A stretch of 64,000 nt of DNA from an uncultured Verrucomicrobiae bacterium (GTDB taxonomy: Bacteria; Verrucomicrobiota; Verrucomicrobiia; Chthoniobacterales; UBA10450): NCBI GenBank assembly GCA_963817335.1, contig CAWFNX010000001.1, forward strand, positions 1,100,820 through 1,164,819, in the 5' to 3' direction. Each line of letters begins with the position of its first letter. The stretch's first letter is position 1. Below are positions 42,824 to 52,757 of this stretch, piece after piece. A program made the translations under genes and the position numbers. Under the pieces are notes generated by a model. That model did no database searches. It saw nothing but the letters and a program-made list of their open reading frames with translations, and had not been told where the DNA came from.

Positions 42824-43740
42824 ATACCGAATCGAACACAGTGAACGAGCTGCCTAACGCTTCGTCCGTCGCGGTGCGCGCAACACCGACGTTTTATTGG
42901 TCGGTCAAACGGGAATTGTGGGAGAACAAGTCGATCTACATCGCGCCATTAATCGTCGCAGCCGTCATTTTGCTCGGGGCGTTGATCAGTGCGGCGCATC
43001 TTCCGGAACGAAGACGCGCCGCGATGTTGTTGGACGAGGGGCACCGGCGCGCGGCGATCGAGTTGCCTTACAACATCGTGGCAATGATGATCCTAATCAC
43101 CGCCTTCATTGTCGGTTTCTTTTATTGCCTCGATGCGCTCTACGGCGAGCGTCGCGAACGCAGCATCCTCTTCTGGAAATCGTTGCCGGTGTCGGATGTC
43201 ACGACAGTTCTGTCAAAGGTGAGTATTCCACTGCTCGTTCTGCCGCCAATTGTTCTTGGCATCGTGATCGTCACCCAATTCCTGATGTTACTGATCAGCA
43301 GCGCGGTTCTGCTTCCGAGCGGCTTGGCCTCCACGACTTGGGCGAATTTCAGCTTGCTTCAGCAATCAGCGATTATGTTTTACAGCCTCATCGTAATCGC
43401 ACTCTGGCATGCGCCGATCTACGGTTGGGCTTTGCTGATTTCGGGAATCGCGCGCCGGGCGACATTTCTCTGGGCAGTCTTACCGCCCCTCGCCATCGGC
43501 ATTTTCGAGAAGATCACGTTCAACACGACCTATTTTGGCTCGATGTTGAAGAATCGGCTGCTCGGCGCAGGAGATACCGCTTTCGATTTACAGATTCACC
43601 ACAGCATTTCAATCGATTCACTGTCGCAACTGACGCCCGGTAGATTTCTGGCGACGCCCGGACTCTGGCTCGGACTCATCTTCGCCGCCGGTTTCGTCGT
43701 TGCGGCAATTCGGTTACGGCGATATCGCGGACCGCTATGA
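42820..43740 (+). CDS. ABC-2 type transporter permease-like membrane protein
   Basis: ATGA overlap with the ATPase gene and about 6 hydrophobic segments. Confidence 0.65.
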   Translation: MNTESNTVNELPNASSVAVRATPTFYWSVKRELWENKSIYIAPLIVAAVILLGALISAAHLPERRRAAMLLDEGHRRAAIELPYNIVAMMILITAFIVGFFYCLDALYGERRERSILFWKSLPVSDVTTVLSKVSIPLLVLPPIVLGIVIVTQFLMLLISSAVLLPSGLASTTWANFSLLQQSAIMFYSLIVIALWHAPIYGWALLISGIARRATFLWAVLPPLAIGIFEKITFNTTYFGSMLKNRLLGAGDTAFDLQIHHSISIDSLSQLTPGRFLATPGLWLGLIFAAGFVVAAIRLRRYRGPL

Positions 43741-43789
43741 TTTTCTTCGATGGTGAGAATGAACAACCTAACAGAATGCACGGCCGCAT

Positions 43790-44503
43790 ATGAACGCGAT
43801 TAAGAAACAAGCCCATATCGCTGGGATCCTTTACGTTTCGGCAAGCATCACGGCTGTGTTCTCGTGGATATATGTCGGCGGCAAGATCTTCGTCCGCGAT
43901 GACGCCACAGCGACTGCCAATAATATTCGTGCTTTCGAGACTCTTCTTCGGCTCGGCATAGTGAGCGAATTGATTGGCTCGATCCTCTTTATTTTCGTTG
44001 TCCTGGCTCTTTATCGACTCTTCAAGGCGGTCAGTGAGAGGCACGCGATGACGATGGCAATTTTGCTCCTGATTTCCACGCCGATCTCTCTTTTAGCGGT
44101 GTTGGGCGAAGTTGCTGCGTTGATCGTGGCTGTCGGCGGAAATTTCTTGTCGCCCTTTGATCAACATCAACTCGATAGTTTGAGTTATTTATTTTTCCGG
44201 TTGCATGGCCAGGCGCTGGTTGTCTCGCAAATCTTTTGGGGACTGTGGCTTTTTCCGTTCGGCGTTCTTGTAATTCGATCCGGTTTTATCCCGCGTTTTT
44301 TAGGCTATCTGCTCTGGATCGCCGCTTTCGGCTACCTCGCCAATTCCACGGCCGCTCTTCTTTTGCCGGCATATCGCCAAGCAGTTGGTCAATTCGCGGA
44401 CCCTCTTCAAATGGCGGAGTTACCGATCATCTTTTGGCTCTTAATCTGGGGCGCAAGGGACCAGGGAGTCGCGCGCGAAGCGATTCCAGCCGGCGCTCCG
44501 TGA
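43790..44503 (+). CDS. DUF4386-like membrane protein
   Basis: HIAGILYVSASITAVFSWIYV...ATATANNIRAFETLLRLGIVSELIG is typical of DUF4386. Confidence 0.55.
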   Translation: MNAIKKQAHIAGILYVSASITAVFSWIYVGGKIFVRDDATATANNIRAFETLLRLGIVSELIGSILFIFVVLALYRLFKAVSERHAMTMAILLLISTPISLLAVLGEVAALIVAVGGNFLSPFDQHQLDSLSYLFFRLHGQALVVSQIFWGLWLFPFGVLVIRSGFIPRFLGYLLWIAAFGYLANSTAALLLPAYRQAVGQFADPLQMAELPIIFWLLIWGARDQGVAREAIPAGAP

Positions 44504-44519
44504 GTCATTCGTTAGGCCA

Positions 44520-45626
44520 ATGAAGCTAAAGCGCATTCTAAAGTGGAGCGCACTCGCGCTGCTTGTCATCCTCTTCGTCTGGTTCGAGTTCGCCTACTGG
44601 ACTTCGACTAACGACTGCAATCGCAACGCTTCTGCTCCGACTAATCCCATGAAAGCTATACGTTATTGCGAGTACGGTCCGCCCGATGAGGTCCTGAAAC
44701 TTGAACAAGTCGAAAAGCCGGTTCCGAACGACAACCAGATTCTGGTCCGGGTTCGCGCCGTTTCCCTCCGATTTTATGACGGCGGCATGCTGCAAGGCGG
44801 TATCGGCAGACTTGTCTTTGGACTTCGTAAGCCGAAAAACACCTGCCCGGGATCTGACTTCTCCGGAACAGTTGAAGCGGTCGGCCGGAACGTCACCGAG
44901 TTCAAGCCGCTCGATGAAGTCTTCGGGGTAAGGGCAGGCGCTCTCGCCGAATACATCTGTGTCACGGCCAGTCGAGCGGTGGTTTCGAAGCCGGGCAACG
45001 TGACTTTCGAGCAATCCGCGTCGATTCCTACCGCGCTTGTTGCTTTACAGGGCCTGCGCGACACGGGGCGGGTGAAAGCAGGACAAAAGGTCCTGATCAA
45101 TGGTGCATCCGGAGGCGTCGGGACATTTGCCGTCCAGATCGCCAAAGCCTTTGGCGCAGAGGTAACCGGCGTTTGCAGCACGCACAATGTCGATCTTGTA
45201 AAATCGTTAGGCGCCGATCACGTGATCGATTACACGAAAGAGGACTACACCAAAAGCGATCAGCGTTACGACGTAATCTACGATCTCGTCAATAATCGTT
45301 CTTTTGCGGAACGACGCCGCGTCCTCAAGCCCGGCGGTATCTGTGTCTTGGCCGGGGTAGGCGGTTCAGGAATGCGCAGAGAGACCTTTTTCAATCTGGC
45401 TTGCTCACTTACCGCCTCGCTTCGTTCGAAATTTGCGAAGGAGAAGTTTGTCATGTTTGGCGTCGACATTAACAAAAAGGAGCTCGGCATTCTGCGCGAT
45501 TTGACCGAGAGCGGAAAGGTCGTGCCCGCTCTCACCAAAATCTATCCGCTTACTGAAACTGCCGCCGCCTATAGATATCTCGAGACCGGCCACGTCCAGG
45601 GAAAGATAGCTATCACGATCGACTAA
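44520..45626 (+). CDS. MDR-superfamily NAD(P)-dependent oxidoreductase with N-terminal TM helix (paralogue 1)
   Basis: N-terminal WSALALLVILFVWFEFAYW and Rossmann motif INGASGGVGTFAVQIAKAFGAEVTGV. The NPxD motif seen in the two paralogues is replaced by LRFYD. Confidence 0.8.
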   Translation: MKLKRILKWSALALLVILFVWFEFAYWTSTNDCNRNASAPTNPMKAIRYCEYGPPDEVLKLEQVEKPVPNDNQILVRVRAVSLRFYDGGMLQGGIGRLVFGLRKPKNTCPGSDFSGTVEAVGRNVTEFKPLDEVFGVRAGALAEYICVTASRAVVSKPGNVTFEQSASIPTALVALQGLRDTGRVKAGQKVLINGASGGVGTFAVQIAKAFGAEVTGVCSTHNVDLVKSLGADHVIDYTKEDYTKSDQRYDVIYDLVNNRSFAERRRVLKPGGICVLAGVGGSGMRRETFFNLACSLTASLRSKFAKEKFVMFGVDINKKELGILRDLTESGKVVPALTKIYPLTETAAAYRYLETGHVQGKIAITID

Positions 45627-45628
45627 AA

Positions 45629-46735
45629 ATGAAAATCAAACGCGTTCTGAAATGGAGTTTCCTTGGAATTTTCCTCACGCTCGTCATCTGGCTGCTCGTC
45701 GCCTACTGGAGTTCTACCAACGAATGCTTTGGCAGCACGCCCGCGCCCACCAATCCGATGAAAGCGATTGTGCATTGCGAGTACGGTTCGCCGGATGTGC
45801 TCGAGCTCAAAGACATCCAGAAGCCGATTCCAAACGATAACCAAGTCCTGGTGAAAGTTCGCGCGGTTGCCGTTAATCCGCTCGATCTCACCATCACCGG
45901 CCCGTTGGCGTTGCGTCCGGTCTCCGGACTGCGTAAGCCCAAGGATACGCGCGTTGGTGTCGACTACTCCGGAATCGTTGAAGCCGTCGGCAAAAATGTA
46001 ACGAATCTAAAAGCTGGCGATGAAGTATTTGGTGGAAAGAATGGCTCATTTGCCGAGTACATTTGCGTTTTGGCGGACCGCGCGGTCGTGCCCAAGCCTA
46101 GCAACGTCACATTCGAAGAAGCCGCGTCGGTTCCTGTCGCGGCCATCACCGCGCTGCAAGGTCTCCGCGACAAAGGCCATATTCAGGCCGGTCAAAAGGT
46201 TTTGGTGAATGGGGCGTCTGGCGGCGTCGGCACGTTCGCAGTCCAAATCGCGAAAGCGTTCGGCGCGGAAGTGACCGGCGTTTGCAGCACCCGCAACGTC
46301 GATCTTGTAAAATCGATCGGAGCCGATCACGTGATTGACTACACCAAAGAAGATTTCACAAACGGGACCGAACGGTACGACCTTATCTTCGATCTGGTTT
46401 GCAATCATTCATTCGCTGAGCGCCGCCGCGTGTTAACACCGAATGGCATTTGCGTGATGGGCGGAATCGGCGGCGCTGGATGGCACGATGGGATTCTCGG
46501 AAAACTTGTCGGTGAGGTTTACGCGCTCGCTCGATCGCGGTTCATCGCACAAAAGTTCGTCACCTACATCGCCTGGTTCAATCAAAAAGACATGATGACA
46601 TTGGCCGACTTGATTCAATCCGGAAAAGTAAAGCCAGTCATCGATCGTACCTACAAACTAAGTGACGTTTCCAAGGCTCTTTGGTATCTGCAGGAAGGGC
46701 ATGCCCGGGGCAAGGTAGTGGTTAGTGTGGAGTAA
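45629..46735 (+). CDS. MDR-superfamily NAD(P)-dependent oxidoreductase with N-terminal TM helix (paralogue 2)
   Basis: The same architecture, with VNPLD and VNGASGGVGTFAVQIAKAFGAEVTGV. It starts 2 nt after paralogue 1. Confidence 0.8.
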   Translation: MKIKRVLKWSFLGIFLTLVIWLLVAYWSSTNECFGSTPAPTNPMKAIVHCEYGSPDVLELKDIQKPIPNDNQVLVKVRAVAVNPLDLTITGPLALRPVSGLRKPKDTRVGVDYSGIVEAVGKNVTNLKAGDEVFGGKNGSFAEYICVLADRAVVPKPSNVTFEEAASVPVAAITALQGLRDKGHIQAGQKVLVNGASGGVGTFAVQIAKAFGAEVTGVCSTRNVDLVKSIGADHVIDYTKEDFTNGTERYDLIFDLVCNHSFAERRRVLTPNGICVMGGIGGAGWHDGILGKLVGEVYALARSRFIAQKFVTYIAWFNQKDMMTLADLIQSGKVKPVIDRTYKLSDVSKALWYLQEGHARGKVVVSVE

Positions 46736-46738
46736 CTT

Positions 46739-47836
46739 ATGAAACGCATACTGAAATGGACCTTCCTCTTAATTATTCTCGCGCTGTTTATCTGGTTCGA
46801 GATCGCTTACTGGACGTCGACCAATGACTGCGATCGCAAGACCGCTCCGGCTAATCCTATGAAAGCGATCGTTTATTGTGACTACGGGCTGGCCAACCTC
46901 AAAGTGGCCGACATTGAAAAACCTGTTCCGACCGACGAACAGGTCCTGGTCCGCGTTCACGCGGCCTCGATCAATCCCTACGACTGGCATTTTATTGAGG
47001 GAACTCCCTACGTCATGCGTATGGGCGTTGGCCTGCGAAAGCCAAAGTCTACCCGTCTGGGCGTCGATTTTGCCGGAACTGTCGAGTCTGTTGGCAAAAA
47101 TGTCACGCAGTTCAAGCCGGGCGACGAAGTATTTGGCGGCAAAACCGGCGCATTAGCGCAATATATCTGTCCTCGCGCTGCGGGATCGGTGGCGTTGAAG
47201 CCGGCTGGCCTATCGGTGGAGCAGGCCGCATCACTCAACATCGCGGGGATTACCGCGCTCCAAGCCGTGCGCGACAAGGGCAAGGTCGAGCCGGGCCAGA
47301 AGGTTTTGATCAATGGCGCTTCTGGAGGCGTTGGCACATTCGCAGTGCAGATTGCAAAATCATTTGGTGCGGACGTGACCGGCGTTTGTAGCACACGAAA
47401 TATTGAGCTTGTTCAATCACTCGGAGCCGATCACGTGATCGATTATACAAAAGATGACTTCACAAAGGGCGCCGAACGCTATGACGTGTTGATAGATAAC
47501 GTCGGAAACCGTTCTCTATCCGAATGCCGAAGTGTGTTGAAGCCGAACGGTATCTATGTGCTGATCGGCGGCGGCGGCGCAAACGAACAAGGATTTCTCG
47601 GCGGGCTGGCGAAAGCACTCAACGCGGCGGTGTATTCAAAATTCGTCAAACAAAAGATGGGAATGATGATGGCCGATTCCAATCAGAAGGATCTCGCGCT
47701 TCTGGCCGACATGGTCCAATCCGGGAAGATGAAGCCGGTCATCGATAAGACCTATCAGCTGGCGGACGTTCCGGAAGCAATTCGCTATCTCGAAGCAGGG
47801 CACGCACGCGGCAAAGTCATCATCACGGTGGATTGA
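46739..47836 (+). CDS. MDR-superfamily NAD(P)-dependent oxidoreductase with N-terminal TM helix (paralogue 3)
   Basis: The same architecture, with INPYD and INGASGGVGTFAVQIAKSFGADVTGV. It starts 3 nt after paralogue 2. Confidence 0.8.
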   Translation: MKRILKWTFLLIILALFIWFEIAYWTSTNDCDRKTAPANPMKAIVYCDYGLANLKVADIEKPVPTDEQVLVRVHAASINPYDWHFIEGTPYVMRMGVGLRKPKSTRLGVDFAGTVESVGKNVTQFKPGDEVFGGKTGALAQYICPRAAGSVALKPAGLSVEQAASLNIAGITALQAVRDKGKVEPGQKVLINGASGGVGTFAVQIAKSFGADVTGVCSTRNIELVQSLGADHVIDYTKDDFTKGAERYDVLIDNVGNRSLSECRSVLKPNGIYVLIGGGGANEQGFLGGLAKALNAAVYSKFVKQKMGMMMADSNQKDLALLADMVQSGKMKPVIDKTYQLADVPEAIRYLEAGHARGKVIITVD

Positions 47837-47912
47837 CATTGCGCCATTACGATTGTCGATCTTGCGAAGTTCGCGGGATTGAGCAGTTTGATTTCGCAAT
47901 TATTGAGTCACG

Positions 47913-48338
47913 ATGAAAACATTATTGCTTGCCTGTGTCGCCTGGGGAGTGTTTGCCGCGACAACTTTCGCCAGGATCGGCGAGGACGAAAAACAAGTCG
48001 AAGCCCGATACGGCCCGCCTGGTAAAGACCTTGGAAGTCACGGTCAGGTGCACGAACTCGGTTACGTTACTTCGAATGGGTTCATGATTGTTGTTGATTA
48101 CGTTAATGGAATCAGCCAGCGCGAAGGGTTCACCAAACCGGACACGTCGGCAATGACCGATCAGAATATCAAAGACGTTTTGGCGATGAGCGCGGCCGAC
48201 GGGACAACCTGGCAGGAAGGACAAGCGAAGGGCGGCGACAAAATGTGGACCCGTTCCGACAAGAAAGCGGTCGCAATTTTTCCCACGATGGGAAAGTTCC
48301 TCTTTGTTCAGGACGTGAACTTCGTCCAGCCGAAGTAA
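47913..48338 (+). CDS. Hypothetical secreted protein
   Basis: Signal peptide MKTLLLACVAWGVFAATTFA. I recognised no family. Confidence 0.5.
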   Translation: MKTLLLACVAWGVFAATTFARIGEDEKQVEARYGPPGKDLGSHGQVHELGYVTSNGFMIVVDYVNGISQREGFTKPDTSAMTDQNIKDVLAMSAADGTTWQEGQAKGGDKMWTRSDKKAVAIFPTMGKFLFVQDVNFVQPK

Positions 48339-48347
48339 CGTTTTTTA

Positions 48348-49856
48348 CTAATCCAATCGTTGTAACGAAGGGATGCCGTAATTCTCCTGCAGAATCGGAG
48401 ACTCAGCGGCAATGTCTTTTGGATCGAGCTCGATTTGCTTCGGGTCTTCCTCGGTCTCGATTTTGATAAATCCGCCTTCGATCGGCTGCTTGACCGCCTC
48501 GGCCAGGTCATTGAGCGATTTGATCTCGCGGCCGTTCACTTTGGTCACAGTCAGGTAAGAAAACTCGTCGTAGCCAATCGTGTTATTGGCTGGAAGTACC
48601 TGGCTCAGGATAACGATGCGCCGGTGTTCCCCGGGAAACAGTTCGGACTGAAACCGATCGAAATAAACGAACCGCGGCGGCGCTTCGCGCAGCCAGTTCG
48701 GGCCCCATTCTTTGAGATACTGGCGGGAGAGTTCCTGAAAGATGAGACCGCCAAGCACAACATACTTGGGCGCTTCATCAAGTGAGTAAGGCGGGCTTAC
48801 GTAATCTTTGGCATCGCGATGCTCGAGGGTGATCTTCAGTTCCATCGGCTTGCCTTCGCGCTGAATCTGAAACGAAAGCACATCGCCGGCGTAGGAATGC
48901 GCGCTGATTAGATTGGTGAACTCGATCTTGCCGTAGAGTGGATCGACGTAGTTGCCATTTTGATCGATCTCGTGATTGCCAATCGCGGTGATGATGTCGC
49001 CAACCTGCATCCCTGCTTTCATCGCCGGCATGTTTGGCTCGATGCTGGTGACATAAACGCCATCAGGCTTTCCTGTCTGACCCGCGAATTTCCGCAATTG
49101 CGGATCGCGCGTCGGGAAGAATGAGAAACCGACCGACGGAAATCCCTGATAATGCTCGCCTTCGGCTTCCTTGAGGAAATGGGTGATGATCGGCGCCGGA
49201 ATCGCGTCAATAAGCTGCGAGCGCGGGTCGTAGCGCAGAAGCAAACCTGCGAGCTTGTTATTTTTGACCAGGGGAATCGTGTAGCTGTTTTCGCGATACT
49301 GCATTGGCAGGCTGATCCGATAGGTAAGAAACTGGCCGACGTCTGCGGGATACTTTGTCATTTGAATGGTGGTCACGAGACCCTCTGTGGCCACGAGTGC
49401 GCCCGTCGGCTCCAATTGCCAGGCCGCAATTCGATCGCCGACCACTGTGTCTCCGCCAATATCGAGCGGAGATATTCCTGCCAGGAAGTTTTTGTCGGTC
49501 GGTTCCAGTAACGCCAGGTTCGCTTCGTAATCGATCACCGCGACGTTGGCTGCAGTTTTCTCGCCCGACTCCGCGCGTTCCAATTCAACATAGTTCTGGT
49601 TGGCTACTAGATCGGCCGTGACCAGGACGCGGCCTTTGGAAAGAACCGCACCCAACGCCCGCTTGGAGATCGGCGCTTTCTTTTGCCACGGTCGAAAATA
49701 ATCATAGGGCTGGCCGGTCACGTTCACCCGCACCAGCGACAGCAATTTTTGTTTAACGTCTTTGTTGGCAGGCGCCGGAGACGGAGCTTCCTTCTTCGCA
49801 AAACCCGCGGTCGCGACGATCGAAACCAAACTGAGACTAACGAGCAACTTTCGCAT
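48348..49856 (-). CDS. PDZ-containing trypsin-fold protein, probably catalytically inactive paralogue
   Basis: Signal peptide MRKLLVSLSLVSIVATAGFA. It aligns by eye with the adjacent protease, but the His position reads TADLV (vs TNAHVV) and the Asp position reads ANLALL (vs CDLALI). The PDZ segment has PAMKAGMQVGDIITAIG. Confidence 0.65.
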   Translation of the reverse strand: MRKLLVSLSLVSIVATAGFAKKEAPSPAPANKDVKQKLLSLVRVNVTGQPYDYFRPWQKKAPISKRALGAVLSKGRVLVTADLVANQNYVELERAESGEKTAANVAVIDYEANLALLEPTDKNFLAGISPLDIGGDTVVGDRIAAWQLEPTGALVATEGLVTTIQMTKYPADVGQFLTYRISLPMQYRENSYTIPLVKNNKLAGLLLRYDPRSQLIDAIPAPIITHFLKEAEGEHYQGFPSVGFSFFPTRDPQLRKFAGQTGKPDGVYVTSIEPNMPAMKAGMQVGDIITAIGNHEIDQNGNYVDPLYGKIEFTNLISAHSYAGDVLSFQIQREGKPMELKITLEHRDAKDYVSPPYSLDEAPKYVVLGGLIFQELSRQYLKEWGPNWLREAPPRFVYFDRFQSELFPGEHRRIVILSQVLPANNTIGYDEFSYLTVTKVNGREIKSLNDLAEAVKQPIEGGFIKIETEEDPKQIELDPKDIAAESPILQENYGIPSLQRLD

Positions 49857-49858
49857 CT

Positions 49859-51511
49859 CTAGAGCCGGGTTTGCATCGAGGGCGACTTGGTGCCGGGCTG
49901 TTCCTGGAGATTTTCTTCCCGGACCACGTTGTAACGCGTCTTAATTCGTTCACGCGCCTCTTCCACTTGCTTGGGATCGAGCACCAGCGGCGGCCCATCT
50001 CCAATCAGGTTGATTACCAAACGATCGCCCGGTTGCGCGAACGCCTGGGCCAGGTCATCCAAGGTTCGAACTTTCTTGCCGTTGACTTCATCAACAATTC
50101 CCCCGCGATAGGCGGAGAGATAAGTGTTGATCGGGTCCGGCAGGATGTTGGTCAGCACGATAACGTCGGGATGCTCGAGATACAGTTGGTCGACCACGTA
50201 AAAATCAAAGAAGTGGCGCAATCGGAGATCGCTCGGCTGATACGCTTCGAGCAAGTCGAGGGACAGCGGCTGAAACAGAAGTCCGCCATAAACGACGTAG
50301 CGGGGGCGCACATCGTATTTGTGGCTCTGCATCAAATACGGCGGCACGGTCTCGAGCTGGACGCTTCCGCTGATCGATTGTTTGGCGCGCCAAATGTCGA
50401 ACTTCACCTGGTCGCCTTTGAATTTGCGTTCGACGACTTCCGGCATCTCGACGTGCTCCCCTTCGAGGTCGACGTTGCCGTCGCTCGCGATCGGATGATT
50501 GTCGATCGACAATAAAACGTCGCCAGGTCGGAGAAGCTTGGCGCATGGCCCGGCTGCAACAACGGTTTCCACCAAAACGCCACGCCCGTCATCTTTCAAT
50601 CCGAGGTATCTGCGCTGCGCCGGATTCTGCAATTTCGCGAAAGTAATGCCGAGATCGACGTATCCATCATAACGACCGTCCTCCACGTCCTTGAGGAAAC
50701 GGCTAATCACGGGCGTCGGCACCATGTAAGCGACGCCTTGCGCGACGTCGCCGCTATAACCTTGAAACGCGACGCCGACCACTTTCGCATTCTGCATCAC
50801 CGGTCCGCCGCTGTTGCCCGGATTGATTTGCGCGCTGATCTGAACCGCGAGGTGCTGATCGATCGACGAATGGGTGTAGAGCTGAAAGTCGATTCGCGAA
50901 ACGATGCCGGTGGTCACGGACATGCGCTCGCCTCCAAGCGGGTAACCGTAGGCCGACACGGTCGATTCCAGCTCGGGAATGCCGCCAAACTTCAACGGCA
51001 CCATGTTTTTGAAGAAGTTCGGGTCGACCGTTATCAGGGCGAGGTCGCAATCGTGCGCGACGAAGAGAACTTTGGCCTGATATTTGTTCGGATCGCCATC
51101 GCGCTCAACGGTAAGATAGCGGCTGTTGCTGACGACGTGCGCATTGGTCATGATGCGATTGCCGTCGATGACAAACCCGGCGCCAATTCCGCGGCCGAGC
51201 ATTCCTGCATTCCATGGCGCGCGATAATCGGGCGCGACCTCGGTGGCAGTGATTCGAACCAGGCTTTTCTGGATCGGTCCGTTCGGTTGGGGTGGGGCGA
51301 TCGGTACCGGAACAGCAACAACGTTTTGCGTCGGAGTCGCGGGTTTCGTTCCAAGTCCAGGTGGTCGTGGTTCTGCCGGCGAAGTTTCAGGCGGGCCGCC
51401 ATTTTGCGGCCGTTGCTGTGACGGAGGCAACTGAGGACCAGGGGGTTGCTGACCGAACGATGTCGATGCAAACAGCGCCAGAATACAAACTAAAATGGGA
51501 ACACCCTTCAT
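49859..51511 (-). CDS. Trypsin-like serine protease with PDZ domain (S1-family, Deg-like)
   Basis: Signal peptide MKGVPILVCILALFASTSFG, triad contexts MTNAHVV, HDCDLALI and NPGNSGGPV, and PDZ segment LRPGDVLLSIDNHPI. I took the start at ATG 51511. Confidence 0.8.
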   Translation of the reverse strand: MKGVPILVCILALFASTSFGQQPPGPQLPPSQQRPQNGGPPETSPAEPRPPGLGTKPATPTQNVVAVPVPIAPPQPNGPIQKSLVRITATEVAPDYRAPWNAGMLGRGIGAGFVIDGNRIMTNAHVVSNSRYLTVERDGDPNKYQAKVLFVAHDCDLALITVDPNFFKNMVPLKFGGIPELESTVSAYGYPLGGERMSVTTGIVSRIDFQLYTHSSIDQHLAVQISAQINPGNSGGPVMQNAKVVGVAFQGYSGDVAQGVAYMVPTPVISRFLKDVEDGRYDGYVDLGITFAKLQNPAQRRYLGLKDDGRGVLVETVVAAGPCAKLLRPGDVLLSIDNHPIASDGNVDLEGEHVEMPEVVERKFKGDQVKFDIWRAKQSISGSVQLETVPPYLMQSHKYDVRPRYVVYGGLLFQPLSLDLLEAYQPSDLRLRHFFDFYVVDQLYLEHPDVIVLTNILPDPINTYLSAYRGGIVDEVNGKKVRTLDDLAQAFAQPGDRLVINLIGDGPPLVLDPKQVEEARERIKTRYNVVREENLQEQPGTKSPSMQTRL

Positions 51512-51557
51512 GCCGGAAAGTTTTGAAGATGAAACGAAGTGATCGAAAAGCAACCGT

Positions 51558-52730
51558 TCAAATTCCAGCGCCTTGGAGAAGCATGTTCAGAACCGTTTCA
51601 GCCTCAAAAACTTCGCGCGCGATGCGTCGGGCCGCGCCCGAGTGTTTTTTGTAATCAGCGCGAATCATTTTTGCCGCTTCCGCGATGTCATTCAGCGATT
51701 TGAAAGCGAGCAAACCGGCACCGCCTCCGTAATTTTTTGTGAACCCCGTTTCCTGGGTGATGACAGGACGTCCGGCCGCCAAATAGCAGGCGCTCCGATC
51801 GCTAAACCAACCAGTGTTGAGTCGCACATACTGGTCCTTGGCCACCGTGAATTCGCCTTTCGAGTGTTGGACGTAATCGCGGTAAAGCCAGTAATCGACG
51901 CTCATTTGCAACGGTGAGACCAATCGCCAACCGTTGCGTTCGAATTTTTTGCGCGTCTTGGGGTCGGAAATGTTTGTCGCCAGCTCAAAAGTTTCTCCCG
52001 CTTTCTTCGGCGCGGCCACGAAACGCAAAAACTCGCGCGATTTGCTCCAAAGATATTTTTGACCGCGCCAGGTGATATCCTTCAGTCCGCTGGTCGACCA
52101 GTTGGCAATCGACGTGAAAACTGCGGCCTTTTTCGGCGCTCGGACGGTTTTCCACAAATCGGTCACGATGGGTTGCCGCGTAGGGTGCCACTTGAACCCA
52201 TGCAACGGCACCGGAAAGCTTTTCGTGCCGACGTTTTCGCCGAACGTAAACAGGGTGTGATGGCGACCCAGGTATTCGGCAGTCGATTTCACGCCATTGT
52301 CGATTTTGATTTGCTCAACCCCGGGATCGCTTTCCACGTAAATGATCTGATTGGACTTCAAAAGGTCTTCGTTGAATTCCTGGGTGCCGCAGATGTTTAG
52401 AACCGCGTCCGCGTCGCGGTAAAGCTCGCGGATCTTTTTCAGCGACATGCCCGCCGTCGGATTTTCTTTCACGTAACGGGCGCAGTAGGACCAGCGATTT
52501 TTGAAATCGAACTCGGCCGCGAGCCGCCGGAGAATCTTCGCGGCATAATCGAATTCCACGTTCACCTCGAAGGTTTCGGGGTTGTAGGGAATCCGCGCCG
52601 AATCTTCGATGTAGTAAACCTCGTGTCCGAGACGCTGCAGGCCGACGATGTAATGAATGTGCTGCCAGATCACTCCGGCGATCGGCATTCCGCCCATGAA
52701 ACCCATCACCACGATGCGCTTGCGTTTCAT
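51558..52730 (-). CDS. Glycosyltransferase-like protein (CgeB/GT1-like C-terminal domain, tentative), paralogue of 33401-34546
   Basis: GWFSDRSACYLAAGRPVITQETG, with shared blocks along its length with the 33401 product. Confidence 0.55.
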   Translation of the reverse strand: MKRKRIVVMGFMGGMPIAGVIWQHIHYIVGLQRLGHEVYYIEDSARIPYNPETFEVNVEFDYAAKILRRLAAEFDFKNRWSYCARYVKENPTAGMSLKKIRELYRDADAVLNICGTQEFNEDLLKSNQIIYVESDPGVEQIKIDNGVKSTAEYLGRHHTLFTFGENVGTKSFPVPLHGFKWHPTRQPIVTDLWKTVRAPKKAAVFTSIANWSTSGLKDITWRGQKYLWSKSREFLRFVAAPKKAGETFELATNISDPKTRKKFERNGWRLVSPLQMSVDYWLYRDYVQHSKGEFTVAKDQYVRLNTGWFSDRSACYLAAGRPVITQETGFTKNYGGGAGLLAFKSLNDIAEAAKMIRADYKKHSGAARRIAREVFEAETVLNMLLQGAGI

Positions 52731-52757
52731 ATTTGCACCACGAAGGACACGAAAGGA

